A DNA stretch of 64,000 bases from a virus (lineage: Duplodnaviria; Caudoviricetes), in the IMG/VR virus record IMGVR_UViG_2791355221_000001, positions 39,234 to 103,233 of that record; one strand, given 5' to 3'. The translations under genes were made by a program, and so were the position numbers. Shown one piece after another: positions 8,799 to 18,985 of the stretch. The notes beneath the pieces were generated by a model, which was not told where the DNA came from, did not search any database, and saw only the letters and a program-made list of their open reading frames with translations. Position 1 is the stretch's first letter. Every line of letters starts with the position of its first letter.

Positions 8799-11381
8799 TT
8801 ATAAGTGTGTAAATTTTGATGAAAAAGCTGATAAAAACAGGTTTTTATGTGATGCATGCAATACGCTTAGAAGTCTAGATGCAATTTTATCCTTCTTGTT
8901 TTTTGATAATTTTAATAAGATTGCATACATCGTTTCATTGCTCATTTTAAGTTTATCAATATAAAACTTATAGTATTTGACAATATCGTCAACCCTTCTG
9001 TCTGTTTCTTCTTCAGTTAGATTGCTTGCATATGTATTGTTAATTTTAGAAACCATATTCTCTACATAACTAAAAACCCTCGACTCCTGCCTGCGAAGAC
9101 TGTCTTTGATATCATAATTTACGAGAAGGTCTTTTATGGGGATGTCATTTTTCCGATCTGCGTAACTCAGTCCTGTCATTTCTTCGAAGAGTAAGTCCAT
9201 TGGACAATCATATTTTGTTGTTTCAATATCTCTATTTTGACTAACATACTTCCAGAACAGAGGTTTTTCTTTTTTAAGTTCACTCGTCTTACTAACATAA
9301 TCAATTTCTTTATTAATATTGATATCAAACATTTTTTTTGCAAGATCTATGCATATCCCCGATAGTACTGTAACAACATCCACTTTTTTCATCAGTCCAA
9401 TCAATTCGCTCTCTGAGTGTCCATTATTCAGCAAGTCCCAATACCTCGACATACACAACTGTCCTGTATTTACTGTTCTGCCAATATATCTTTGACTGTT
9501 GGACAGTTCGTTATCAATGATAGCCATATCTTCATTAGAAACTTTATATTTCTTTTTGCTACTTTTTACTTTGTTTATACAGACATTATACTTTTCAAAT
9601 AGCTTTTTACTGATAGACAATAAGTGGTCGTTATCAATTAATAGCACAGTGTCTGAGTCATAATCACATCCAGACAATATGTCTTGAAGGGGAAATCCTA
9701 TAGCATTAACGCACACTATATTGTCCGTTAAGTTAAAATAATTTTCTATATCTTTATTGTTTATATTATTTGCAACTAGAACATTGCTTGGACTTGTATG
9801 CGGATTTCGAAATCCTGTGATCTCTTTAAAGTCGAACATTGTGGTATATACTTCATTATAATTCAAGGCCAAAGATTTTGGATTCTTTATATTGAGTTCT
9901 CCTATAGCATGATATAAGAACTCCATGGGATTGCCCAGCATTACACAGTAATCTCCGCGGAGTCTAACCTTGCCGTTTTTAATATGCGTTACATGTCCAT
10001 TTATTATCTCTGTTCTAAATTTTCTGAATATTTTCGTCTGAGATATTTCGTCATTATGCTCATACAAATCTGCAAACATTTTATTGCAATTTATATCGTT
10101 AGCATTATCTCTTATGTAGGCAGCAAAGAAATCATCATTGTTTTTTAATTGATCTATAAATTCTTTCTCTAGTTCTGTAAATTTTGCCACATCTTCTTTA
10201 GTCATAGGGAGAGAATTTAACATTTGGTAACTAGTCTGCTGGATTATGTTTCCATCACTTCCGAATCCAAGTTTAGATTTTTTTTCATTCTTGCATACTC
10301 CGAACACACATTTATCCTTGATAACAATTCTCTTCCAATAATCCCACATCTTCTTGGGAGATCCTACTATTTTGTTGAATTTCAAAGCTTTAAGGCTACT
10401 CGGTGTTGTTATAAGATGGATGTCTTTAGCGAATACCTTTTCACCTTTAAACATGCTTTGCAGTTTCCAGTCTTCGTATTTAATGCCATTAGGACATTTA
10501 GACCTTAAGAATTCCTGTATGTTGCAGTTGAATGCGGCACTTTTAAACATATGGTTTCTTAGCAACATCATTGACTTACCATCGGAAAAATACATAGCAT
10601 CGAGAAGTGACTCTCCGTCAAATAAACTATTTCTAATTTCTGATTCTTCTGTGAAACTGTCTAAGTACCCATCTTTGCCAGTACGAACAACATTTGAAAT
10701 TCGAGTAAATTTACTTTCAACATCTTCTAACATCAATATATTATTTGGATGAATTGTTACTGTGCTTTCAATTGATGATCCAACAAGGCTTTCATAGGCG
10801 AGAAGAGAGGGGAAATCAACTTCATCTGCTTGTGGCCTGTTTCTAAATTCAAGGTTCATGCGACTCCATTTAATCATAGGATCATACAATTTCTCTTTAA
10901 TAAAAAGACACTGACCAATTCTCGACTTCGCACTAGATCTTTTGTAAACAACATATTTTACACCATTATAAATAAATCCTTCTGTGTAGAGTTTCTTCCT
11001 TAATTCACTATAGGATACTTCGCGCCACTTTTCTTCTTTAATTTGTGACTCAATTAATTGAACGAATTCGCTCAGTTTTTGTTTATAGTCAGATTTATTG
11101 TCGTCGAGCATATGTACTTTTGCAGTTAATTTCTTAATGAGACTATTGCCAGAGTGTACTTTTTGTTTGAACTTTACATTTATAATATCTGAAGATATTA
11201 ATTTACCATTTGCCTTCTTTGGTGATAACTTTAATCCTGTCGCAATAAGCTTATTCAATTCGAGACTCGAAGGAATCATACCTATGTATTTAAGTTCAAG
11301 TTCTCTACCTCTAAACATATAATTAAATATGTCACTACCTTCAATTGAAGGTATATATACAGGCTTACTCAATTCCGTCAA
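8799..11381 (-). CDS. yonO: YonO-like single-subunit DNA-dependent RNA polymerase
   Basis: 860 aa; YKRSSAKSRIG, LLRNHMFKSAAF, FRNPH, catalytic GCDYDSD; SPbeta synteny. Confidence 0.9.
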   Translation of the reverse strand: MTELSKPVYIPSIEGSDIFNYMFRGRELELKYIGMIPSSLELNKLIATGLKLSPKKANGKLISSDIINVKFKQKVHSGNSLIKKLTAKVHMLDDNKSDYKQKLSEFVQLIESQIKEEKWREVSYSELRKKLYTEGFIYNGVKYVVYKRSSAKSRIGQCLFIKEKLYDPMIKWSRMNLEFRNRPQADEVDFPSLLAYESLVGSSIESTVTIHPNNILMLEDVESKFTRISNVVRTGKDGYLDSFTEESEIRNSLFDGESLLDAMYFSDGKSMMLLRNHMFKSAAFNCNIQEFLRSKCPNGIKYEDWKLQSMFKGEKVFAKDIHLITTPSSLKALKFNKIVGSPKKMWDYWKRIVIKDKCVFGVCKNEKKSKLGFGSDGNIIQQTSYQMLNSLPMTKEDVAKFTELEKEFIDQLKNNDDFFAAYIRDNANDINCNKMFADLYEHNDEISQTKIFRKFRTEIINGHVTHIKNGKVRLRGDYCVMLGNPMEFLYHAIGELNIKNPKSLALNYNEVYTTMFDFKEITGFRNPHTSPSNVLVANNINNKDIENYFNLTDNIVCVNAIGFPLQDILSGCDYDSDTVLLIDNDHLLSISKKLFEKYNVCINKVKSSKKKYKVSNEDMAIIDNELSNSQRYIGRTVNTGQLCMSRYWDLLNNGHSESELIGLMKKVDVVTVLSGICIDLAKKMFDININKEIDYVSKTSELKKEKPLFWKYVSQNRDIETTKYDCPMDLLFEEMTGLSYADRKNDIPIKDLLVNYDIKDSLRRQESRVFSYVENMVSKINNTYASNLTEEETDRRVDDIVKYYKFYIDKLKMSNETMYAILLKLSKNKKDKIASRLLSVLHASHKNLFLSAFSSKFTHL

Positions 11382-11407
11382 TATTAGAATCCTCCTCTAA
11401 TGGTTAA

Positions 11408-11641
11408 TTATTTAATTTCCAATTTTTCATATGTATTATTCTTCAACATAATCAACTCATCATCATATGTATCATTCAAATCTTCCAAATATAACCTATC
11501 ATCATATGTATTACATTTAATTACCTCGTTCCATTCTTCCCAACTATAGTGTTCTCCATTGTAATCTACTATTGAATCCCAGTAGCCATCCTGCCAAGTA
11601 TAGATAGAAGATCCCTGTCTTCGTTGTTGTTTCTTTCTCAT
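11408..11641 (-). CDS. Hypothetical acidic protein upstream of yonO
   Basis: ORF with AAGGAG RBS. Confidence 0.65.
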   Translation of the reverse strand: MRKKQQRRQGSSIYTWQDGYWDSIVDYNGEHYSWEEWNEVIKCNTYDDRLYLEDLNDTYDDELIMLKNNTYEKLEIK

Positions 11642-11742
11642 TTAATCATTTAAACTCCTTTATTCTTTTATTTTTATTTTTAACTATTTATTGTAATTAT
11701 TTTTTTCTTTTAGTAAAACGGTTTTAATCACCTCCCACTAAT

Positions 11743-11785
11743 AACTTACCACGAATTTACAAATGATGTCAATGTTATTTTTATT
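11743..11785 (-). promoter_or_regulatory. SigA-type promoter of yonO operon with AATAAAAATAA element
   Basis: TTGACA (11767-72), 18 nt, TAAGTT with upstream TG; AATAAAAATAA at 11775-85. Confidence 0.65.
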
Positions 11786-11789
11786 TTAT

Positions 11790-11822
11790 AAAATGAAAAG
11801 GGGCTGCAGTTCACAGCTCCCA
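11790..11822 (-). terminator. Intrinsic terminator after ftsK-like gene
   Basis: GGAGCTG-loop-CAGCCCC followed by TTTTCATTTT on minus strand. Confidence 0.7.
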
Positions 11823-11836
11823 ATGAAAGATTGCTT

Positions 11837-14092
11837 TCATTTGATTTTGGCAAGTTCTGATTTTCTCTGATCCTCACTTAATACCATCTCATAGCCTTTT
11901 GCCTTAGACCTATGCTTCAACAACCACCCTAAATCAACGAGAGACATCATCATTTCGCTTACTTTCTCTGAGCGCACACCAAGACACTTCTGCAACACAG
12001 TTACACGTGTTTCTCCACTTTCCAATATGGTTCGTTTCAACTTAGTCATATCTTCATCTTCAGGTGCCGCCTCGCTATCTATACTAAGCGTCTCTTTCTT
12101 GAAGTTTCCTTTCCAATATCCTGCCAAATGCTCGATGATTCGGTCTTGCTCATCGTCATCTCTGCCAATCAATGCACCTTGGAATCTCACTAATCCTTGA
12201 ATTCCTTCAAAACTCAGTAGTCCATCACCTCGGCCTAAGAGTTGCATCTTCGGAACTTCATCTAAAGCAACCTTATAACTCGTTCCATCAGCACAAGTGA
12301 AACAAACGCGAGATGGGATATTTCCTTTGATGAGAGAAGTGACTACAGTGGCGAGAGGCTTTTGTGTTGCAACAATGAGATAGATTCCACTAGCCCTCGA
12401 TTTTTGTGCCAACAATATTATTTGTTTTTCTAAGGCTGGCATTGTCATTATCAAATCAGCTAATTCGTCAATGACAATAACGATATAGGGGAGGCGTTCC
12501 TTTTCATTTTTATTAAACTGCTGAATATTTTTATATCCTTTCTTAGCGAGGAGAGTATATCTATCCTCCATTTTTTCGACCATTGCTACAAGTGAAAGGA
12601 ATGCTTCTTTATTATCAGTTACAACGTCCATCACATGAGGGTATTTTCTATAGCCTGCCAACTCAACTTGCTTAGGATCGATAAGTAGCATTTGGAGGTG
12701 TTTTGGCGATCTCAGCAACATCATAATAACTAATAAGCAATTCAGGAACACACTCTTACCTGAACCCTGAGATCCAGCAATAAGCAAATTTCGAATCCGA
12801 GTCAAGTCATCATAAATAATCTCACCATCGGAGCCAATGCCAGCAATAAAAGGTATTTCACTGTTCTTAATGAATTTTTGAAATTCAGGATTCTCTAAAC
12901 AATCTCTGATGAATACTTTTTCTCTTACATCTTGGGGAATGACAACCGAAACTGTTGATGGCTCTTTCCCTTGTTCTATATTAATGTGACTCAATGCGAG
13001 TTCGGTTTGTATATCTGGAATAGACTTTTGCAACTGTGATAATCTAAGTCCTTCAGGTAAATTGAAATTTATTCTTCGAACAGTTGATCCATGTTGAATA
13101 GAGTTAATTTTTATTTGGGTGTCTTTTATCAAGTTTAATTTCTTAAATGCTTTATTGAATCTCTGTGCTACATTTTTATCATCTTCTCTTACAACTCTCT
13201 CACCTCTAGGAAATATTTCGTAAACATGAGAATTTTCATTTGTCTCTATTTCCTCTGGCGCAACCATCAGTTGCTCAATTTTCTCTTCTTCATCAAACGA
13301 AGAGAAGAGGGGCAATAGTTCTGAAACACACATTATTAACTGTGTTGGGACAAATGGAGTTCTCCTCAAATTTATATCTCTAATAAACCTGCTTTTGTTC
13401 AACGGAATTCCCATAATCCAACTGTTCGAGTAATTCATTATTGAAAAACCTAACTTAACCTTTGCTGCTAATTGATTTCTCTTTTCTTTATTTCCACCAT
13501 ATATGGCAAATCTAATATATGTCTCATATCCTACCTCGGTGAACTTCTGTTCGGCTCCTTCGATCATGGGATTCTTTCCAAAAAACTCTTCTTTATTCTG
13601 TAGGAATTCGAGTATACGATGTTGGATAGACCTAACTACTTTATTCTTAGTTGGTAACTCAATTCCACTAATATAACTGTGGTATTGGAGCTTAGAATCG
13701 ATTTGCCAGTCAACACCTTGAACCTTCTTCAATATTATTTGAATGATGATCTTTTCATCAGCTAAAGTTTTATCCGTATATTTGATAATCGAACTCATGA
13801 TATTCTCTTCTAGTTGCATACGAAAAGGAAAACATATTGGCTTATAACTGCTCAACGAATAACATGATAGTTCCTTTAGATCAGTTTGAATCATCAACTT
13901 CGGCTTTCTTTCTAGTTCCAAGTCCTCCATTTGTGAGAACAAGTATTTTTTTACCCTGTGCCTTGTAATAAGCCATTCTAAACCAAGAGTCCCCTCCGAT
14001 GAAGATAGAAGGGACTCAGCATATTCAAATGTGAGATCACCATAAATGAAAGTAGATGTGTCAACTGACGCATTAAAGATGTTTAATTTCAT
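11837..14092 (-). CDS. FtsK/SpoIIIE-family DNA translocase
   Basis: Walker A GSQGSGKS, Walker B IVIVIDE, ATQKP, LLGRGD, C-terminal gamma-like winged helix. Confidence 0.9.
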   Translation of the reverse strand: MKLNIFNASVDTSTFIYGDLTFEYAESLLSSSEGTLGLEWLITRHRVKKYLFSQMEDLELERKPKLMIQTDLKELSCYSLSSYKPICFPFRMQLEENIMSSIIKYTDKTLADEKIIIQIILKKVQGVDWQIDSKLQYHSYISGIELPTKNKVVRSIQHRILEFLQNKEEFFGKNPMIEGAEQKFTEVGYETYIRFAIYGGNKEKRNQLAAKVKLGFSIMNYSNSWIMGIPLNKSRFIRDINLRRTPFVPTQLIMCVSELLPLFSSFDEEEKIEQLMVAPEEIETNENSHVYEIFPRGERVVREDDKNVAQRFNKAFKKLNLIKDTQIKINSIQHGSTVRRINFNLPEGLRLSQLQKSIPDIQTELALSHINIEQGKEPSTVSVVIPQDVREKVFIRDCLENPEFQKFIKNSEIPFIAGIGSDGEIIYDDLTRIRNLLIAGSQGSGKSVFLNCLLVIMMLLRSPKHLQMLLIDPKQVELAGYRKYPHVMDVVTDNKEAFLSLVAMVEKMEDRYTLLAKKGYKNIQQFNKNEKERLPYIVIVIDELADLIMTMPALEKQIILLAQKSRASGIYLIVATQKPLATVVTSLIKGNIPSRVCFTCADGTSYKVALDEVPKMQLLGRGDGLLSFEGIQGLVRFQGALIGRDDDEQDRIIEHLAGYWKGNFKKETLSIDSEAAPEDEDMTKLKRTILESGETRVTVLQKCLGVRSEKVSEMMMSLVDLGWLLKHRSKAKGYEMVLSEDQRKSELAKIK

Positions 14093-14192
14093 TTTTAAAC
14101 ACCCTTACACCAATTCGATACAGAATAATTATTACAACAGTTGTATTGGTCAATAGGGCAGTAGCGTTTAATATTAAAATAGCAGTAAGCAT
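14073..14192 (-). CDS. 39-aa single-TM protein (not in ORF track)
   Basis: AGGAGG RBS; MLTAILILNATALLTNTTVVIIILYRIGVRVFKNEIKHL. Confidence 0.55.
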   Translation of the reverse strand: MLTAILILNATALLTNTTVVIIILYRIGVRVFKNEIKHL

Positions 14193-14205
14193 ATGATACA
14201 ACCTC

Positions 14206-15418
14206 CTAAGATTTATTCATCCATCTCCAAACATTACCCAAGATTCCTGCGGATTTAATTGCTACATTTTCACTTTTGATTTTCATTTTTTTTGCTTTAT
14301 TCCACACAGCTATCCTTTTACTATTCATATCTTTAACTGACTCTAGCATTCCACTGCCACGATCTGTTCCAGCTAACTGTGTCAGAACACTTGGTGGATG
14401 AGCGAGTGTGTGTATACCACCAATTGCTAAAATCATTTTTGAAATCACCCCTGTAGCAGTTGTTGGATTGGGAGTTGCAAATAAAACTATCCCCAATAAT
14501 GAGACAAATACTGCATATATGAGTTGTTTCTTGCAAGTGTCTTTAAGAGATACCAGCCAAGTATCAAAATAATGACGAGTATCATCAAATACATAGCAGC
14601 TCATTGAAAAGGGAGTTACGATGCCTTGAATTAGAATATTAAACCACCTACGACCATGAAAAGTAATTAAGGGAAAGAATTGTACTATGACAAGTATTAA
14701 AAAAATGATCATTAATAGTACGTTTAAGAAATCAAACATTATTGAAGTTGAAAAAATACTCACAACATCTTTACTTGCAATCTCCCCACCAGCTAAACCA
14801 GTAATAAAATGTGTAAGTTTGTTAAGCCATTTAATACCTTGCGTGAAGAGGAGTGGTGTGGCCGCTGAAACAGATAAAGCGATAGGAAATCTCTTTAATA
14901 TGTTTTTCATGGATGTGTGCTTGCGATTAAATATGCACTTTATTCCTTGAATCATCGTAAGGATAGTCACAAGAGATACATTCACTGTTGTGAATTTAAT
15001 AATTGCATCCGAAAACCAAGATCCTTCGAAAAGCCAGTCTGGTGTCATTAACACCACATCACATACAAATTGATAGACAGACTTAAATCCCCATTGAATT
15101 GCACTGTGAGTTGAAGTATTTACTAACGCCACTGTGTATAAGATAATTTCTTTAAACCATTCAGGGGCGTAGTGAGTTAGGGGCGCTGCGTTCACATGGT
15201 CATATAGAAATTTAGTGAAATCAATTTTGTCATCTGTTGTATCAGGTGTTGAGAGTGCTTGCTGATGTAAATTATCAGCAATTTCTGCAATTTTTGATTT
15301 AATGCCTAGCCACTCAGATATTGAGAAATGAGGAGCGGCTATATCAATCACATCAGAGACAATTTCATCTTTGTGTTCTGCTACTAACGGAATGAATCCC
15401 TTTGGATTAAAGATCATA
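14206..15418 (-). CDS. Polytopic membrane protein, TrbL/VirB6-like (start uncertain)
   Basis: About 5-6 hydrophobic segments with VirB6-like layout; ORF-track start at 15816 overlaps upstream gene. Confidence 0.6.
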
Positions 15419-15458
15419 TCGGAGAATGAAGGAATAGATGCAAAGCCTGCAATCCTAG

Positions 15459-15986
15459 TTACATTTGAAACCAAGCTTGAATTGGTTTTACGAGAGGATG
15501 AAAGGCTGGTATCGTAGAGAACAGCAGCATTGCGAGTCCAACTACCAAGGCAACACTGACTGGTGCGAGAAGTACTTGGGCTAATCCTCTGTAAATGTTC
15601 TGTCGCCATTGATCTGCAGAAGAGCCCCCAAAAAACATTTTCCAGACTCCTGCTAGCATCAAGGCTACAACTGAAGCAAGCACTCCCAATCCTGCCACTG
15701 ACAACATTAGAATGATCAGCGTATTTACTAAATCTGGGTCTATATTGGGTGGTGTTGGAGTGGGAGCCATAGTTTCTGCCATTGTTGGATCTGCAAGCAT
15801 TAACATTGACAAGCACACCATTGACGTTGTGGAAAGTAGATTTTTGAACTTTTTCGCTTGCTTCGGGTTTGATTTCACCTCGCTCTCTAGAATGGCAAGA
15901 AAATTTATCTTTACGTATTCTCTTGGTCTTAACTCTAGTGGTTTGATATCAACGGACGGTGATCTCGCTATGAGCATCGTTTTCAT
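15459..15986 (-). CDS. TrbC/VirB2 pilin-like membrane protein
   Basis: Signal-like segment then two TM helices separated by GGSSADQWRQNIYRG; AGGAGGAGG RBS. Confidence 0.55.
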   Translation of the reverse strand: MKTMLIARSPSVDIKPLELRPREYVKINFLAILESEVKSNPKQAKKFKNLLSTTSMVCLSMLMLADPTMAETMAPTPTPPNIDPDLVNTLIILMLSVAGLGVLASVVALMLAGVWKMFFGGSSADQWRQNIYRGLAQVLLAPVSVALVVGLAMLLFSTIPAFHPLVKPIQAWFQM

Positions 15987-16149
15987 GGATACCTCCTCCT
16001 TTCTTTTTGAAGGATGGTTTCTTATTTATAAGATTTTCAACATATATGATTCCAAGAACGCCACCTATAAAAATGAATATCTTGATTCCTAACTTTATAA
16101 CCGCAATTGTAGTTACCGTTTCCATTGCCAAACACCTCCGAGTATACAA
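15949..16149 (-). CDS. Small membrane protein
   Basis: Hydrophobic core; within operon. Confidence 0.6.
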   Translation of the reverse strand: MYTRRCLAMETVTTIAVIKLGIKIFIFIGGVLGIIYVENLINKKPSFKKKGGGIHENDAHSEITVR

Positions 16150-16789
16150 ACCGAAAATATGAGCATTCTAAGTGAATAAAAAGGAGTGTGATTTAATGTT
16201 TTTTAATAACCTATTTACCACAATGATTGGGAAACCAAAATGGAAGATAGAATTTGAAGAAAATATTATTGAAATTGAGATGAAGACTGGATTGACTAGA
16301 GAAGAGTTAGTTAGGGTGGCTAATGTTTTGGAGGAAATGAGGATAATAAAACCTTAAACCGCCAATTTTCCAAAATATAGGGATCGATATGTAGGGGAAG
16401 GGGCTGAAAAATGGCGGTTTGTTTGTAATTAGGTGAGTAGGGGATTGGGGAATACGGATTAACCCACTTGTTTTTCTGTGTCAGAATCAACTTCCTGATC
16501 TTTTACCGTGTTAAGAATATTATCAAAACCTTGCGGTGTGAGATAAACATTAACGCCTTGCTTTTGTAATTCAATCAAAAACTCCACCATATTTACATTT
16601 TTCATATCGACCACGCTCCATTATTTTTATTTGACTAAGCAGATAAGTCCGCGTTTTGCTCCTCTTCTAATGCAATTCTCCAGAATTCCACCCATCCATC
16701 ATCTGTTAAATATGGTTCTCTACCATTTTTCATAATTTCTAGTATTTCTCTAATTAATGTTTGTGCCATGAAGTACACTCTCCTTTTTG

Positions 16790-17005
16790 TTAAAAAATCC
16801 AATCAACTAAATGATTTATTGCTTTGATAATGTAATGTGGTGCATTTATCGGATTCATGTCTGCACTTATAAGATGTGAGCCACCAACAGACAACTCTAC
16901 ATTAATGCTTTGTGTAATCACTTTTGTTAATTCATTTGAAGCTTCAATGTAGGTTTGTGCAAATGAGTCAACTTCAAGCGGAGCGTTGTTGATTCTGATT
17001 AGCAT
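16790..17005 (-). CDS. Hypothetical protein
   Basis: ORF within the parM operon. Confidence 0.55.
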   Translation of the reverse strand: MLIRINNAPLEVDSFAQTYIEASNELTKVITQSINVELSVGGSHLISADMNPINAPHYIIKAINHLVDWIF

Positions 17006-17162
17006 TATGTTTCACCATCTTTCCATGATCTATTATTTTATAAACCATCCATGCTCCCATTACCCAATAACGATATGGTGGAAATGCAACATAAACAATG
17101 ATAGTTGCCGCGGACAACAATAGCTTTGCTCCAGTTCTCGATTTCATTTGTATTCACCTCAT

Positions 17163-17396
17163 TTACACGTTAATAATGCTCATTACATCATCGACACTTA
17201 TATCATTTTGAACTGTGTCCATTGAAAAGCCACTCTTCGCACTACCTATCATACCCATTTTTCTTAAAAACAACGTCTCCCTGATAAAGCTGCTACGATT
17301 TTTTGTTTCTTCGTCTATCCATTCCAATAAATCCATATGCGATTTGTTCTCAGGATTCAAGGCGACCTGCAGGCAAATTTGTTTTTGATTATCCAT
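17163..17396 (-). CDS. ParR-like small DNA-binding adaptor
   Basis: Overlaps parM stop; NRSSFIRETL ribbon-helix-helix-like pattern. Confidence 0.55.
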   Translation of the reverse strand: MDNQKQICLQVALNPENKSHMDLLEWIDEETKNRSSFIRETLFLRKMGMIGSAKSGFSMDTVQNDISVDDVMSIINV

Positions 17397-18195
17397 ATGC
17401 TCTCTCTCCTAGTGCAAAGTTTCCTATTGCATTGGCATATTCGTAGTTATTATGGATGGTTGGATTGCTTTCAGGATAGATATCTCGAACATACTTGAAC
17501 ATATCAGGTGCCTTACCTCCAATAAGCAGCATTTTCTTACTTGTGCTGTCATTCCATCGCTTTTCCATTTGATTTTTTAGTGAAAGCATTAATGAGGAAC
17601 AATCATGATCAACCATTGATTCAAATCCAAACTCAAAGGTTTTAGAGCGTTTATCAATAAGTTTTCGCTTTCTTACTGATATGCCATGAATAGTAGAGCT
17701 GCCGAAATCCCATATGTTGCAATCATCAGGTAAGTTTGCATCAGAATAATAAGCACTAAGACCTTCAGGACAAACTCCGACATTTCGAATATGGAGTTTA
17801 AAAGGTTTTTCATTTACTTTAAATTCTCTATATCCTGAAAGTAGGTTCTTAAGGTTCTCTCGTTCCTTCTTAGTGTTGATTCCAAACGGATTCCCTACTA
17901 CTAGGTTAAACACGTCACAGGGCAACCTCGAAAGTTCTACGAGTAGATTCAAATGTGTAACAAGATTTGATTTGCCCATATCCTCCGAATTAAGAAAGTT
18001 CTGCCCCTCACGATCTGCTAAATCTCCAGCAAAGTACATCTGATTGTTGTATTCAATGATTAGATTATTATCATCCAATTGAATGTTATCTTTTATTTCT
18101 CTATAAGTGGCAATCTTACTTAAATGACCCTGTACGCCACCTTTCCATTTTATTTTTGTACGATACTTGCCAATATCAGCACCTACAGTTAGCAT
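17389..18195 (-). CDS. ParM/StbA-like actin ATPase
   Basis: DIG phosphate-1, PEG, DFGSST phosphate-2, LIGGKA, ANAIG. Confidence 0.85.
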   Translation of the reverse strand: MLTVGADIGKYRTKIKWKGGVQGHLSKIATYREIKDNIQLDDNNLIIEYNNQMYFAGDLADREGQNFLNSEDMGKSNLVTHLNLLVELSRLPCDVFNLVVGNPFGINTKKERENLKNLLSGYREFKVNEKPFKLHIRNVGVCPEGLSAYYSDANLPDDCNIWDFGSSTIHGISVRKRKLIDKRSKTFEFGFESMVDHDCSSLMLSLKNQMEKRWNDSTSKKMLLIGGKAPDMFKYVRDIYPESNPTIHNNYEYANAIGNFALGERAYG

Positions 18196-18377
18196 TTTTA
18201 CTTACCTCCTATCTAGATAGTATCTATCTGTGATTTATACGATTATTGCTGCGATTTATATTAAGTGGATAATATCTTTGCTTCGATAAATTCACTATAA
18301 ACTCGACATTTTGTCCCTAGCAATAGGGTCTACTTGTACTTTTTTCGGAAAGTTTGCAATGCTTGTTTCAAAAGTTA

Positions 18378-18407
18378 GTATAAAAAACAAATAGTTTGTC
18401 CATCCTA
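18378..18407 (+). promoter_or_regulatory. SigG-like promoter
   Basis: GTATA-N18-CATCCTA upstream of XRE gene. Confidence 0.5.
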
Positions 18408-18434
18408 ATTAAAAAAACAAAAGGATGGATGCAT

Positions 18435-18659
18435 ATGTTCGGATTAGGTAAAGATCGTTCGAGACTAGGGAAGTTCTTGGATAATAACGATATTACTCAG
18501 GAAGAATTAAAAGATAGTTCAGGACTATCGAGAGATGGGATCTCGCTGCTGTGCAAAGGAAAAACTAATATTAATCCAACCGAGAATACAATGCGGAAAA
18601 TCGTTGGGGCACTGAGACGTATGGGGCACGATGTTGATATGGAAGACTTTTGGGGATGA
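18435..18659 (+). CDS. XRE HTH regulator divergent from parM
   Basis: MFGLGKDRSRLGKFLD...ITQEEL...DFW. Confidence 0.8.
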   Translation: MFGLGKDRSRLGKFLDNNDITQEELKDSSGLSRDGISLLCKGKTNINPTENTMRKIVGALRRMGHDVDMEDFWG

Positions 18660-18790
18660 AATCCTTTAGTATAAAATAAAAATAATTATTTACAATATAT
18701 ATTTATGGTGTTAGTATTGTAGTGGGACATGATTTTTGCTCCACTATTTTTTATTGTGTGCTTAACAGTAGTAAAGAAAGGAGGGTGAGA

Positions 18791-18952
18791 ATGGATTATA
18801 AATCAATTATTGATTCAAAGGGGATTAAACAAAGTTGGATTGCAAAGCAGCTAGGTGTAACTAGAGCAATGGTGAATTTATATATAAAGGGAAAGACTGG
18901 AATGGCTCCTGAGAAAGTGCGAAAGATGAATCAGTTATTGGGTATTGAATAA
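18791..18952 (+). CDS. Cro-like HTH regulator
   Basis: GIKQSWIAKQLGVTRAMV; GGAGG RBS before ATG 18791. Confidence 0.8.
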   Translation: MDYKSIIDSKGIKQSWIAKQLGVTRAMVNLYIKGKTGMAPEKVRKMNQLLGIE

Positions 18953-18985
18953 AAATAAAAAAACATATTAGGAGATGGTATATTT

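Noticed and set aside
3936-11322. Plus-strand ORFs (3936, 4828, 6478, 7314, 7944, 8767, 9417, 10224, 10354, 11098)
   Set aside because: Antisense shadows of well-supported minus-strand genes, with no recognisable motifs
15419-15816. N-terminal ~130 aa of the 536-aa ORF as the true start
   Set aside because: Overlaps the pilin-like gene and has atypical composition; kept only as a low-interest overlap finding
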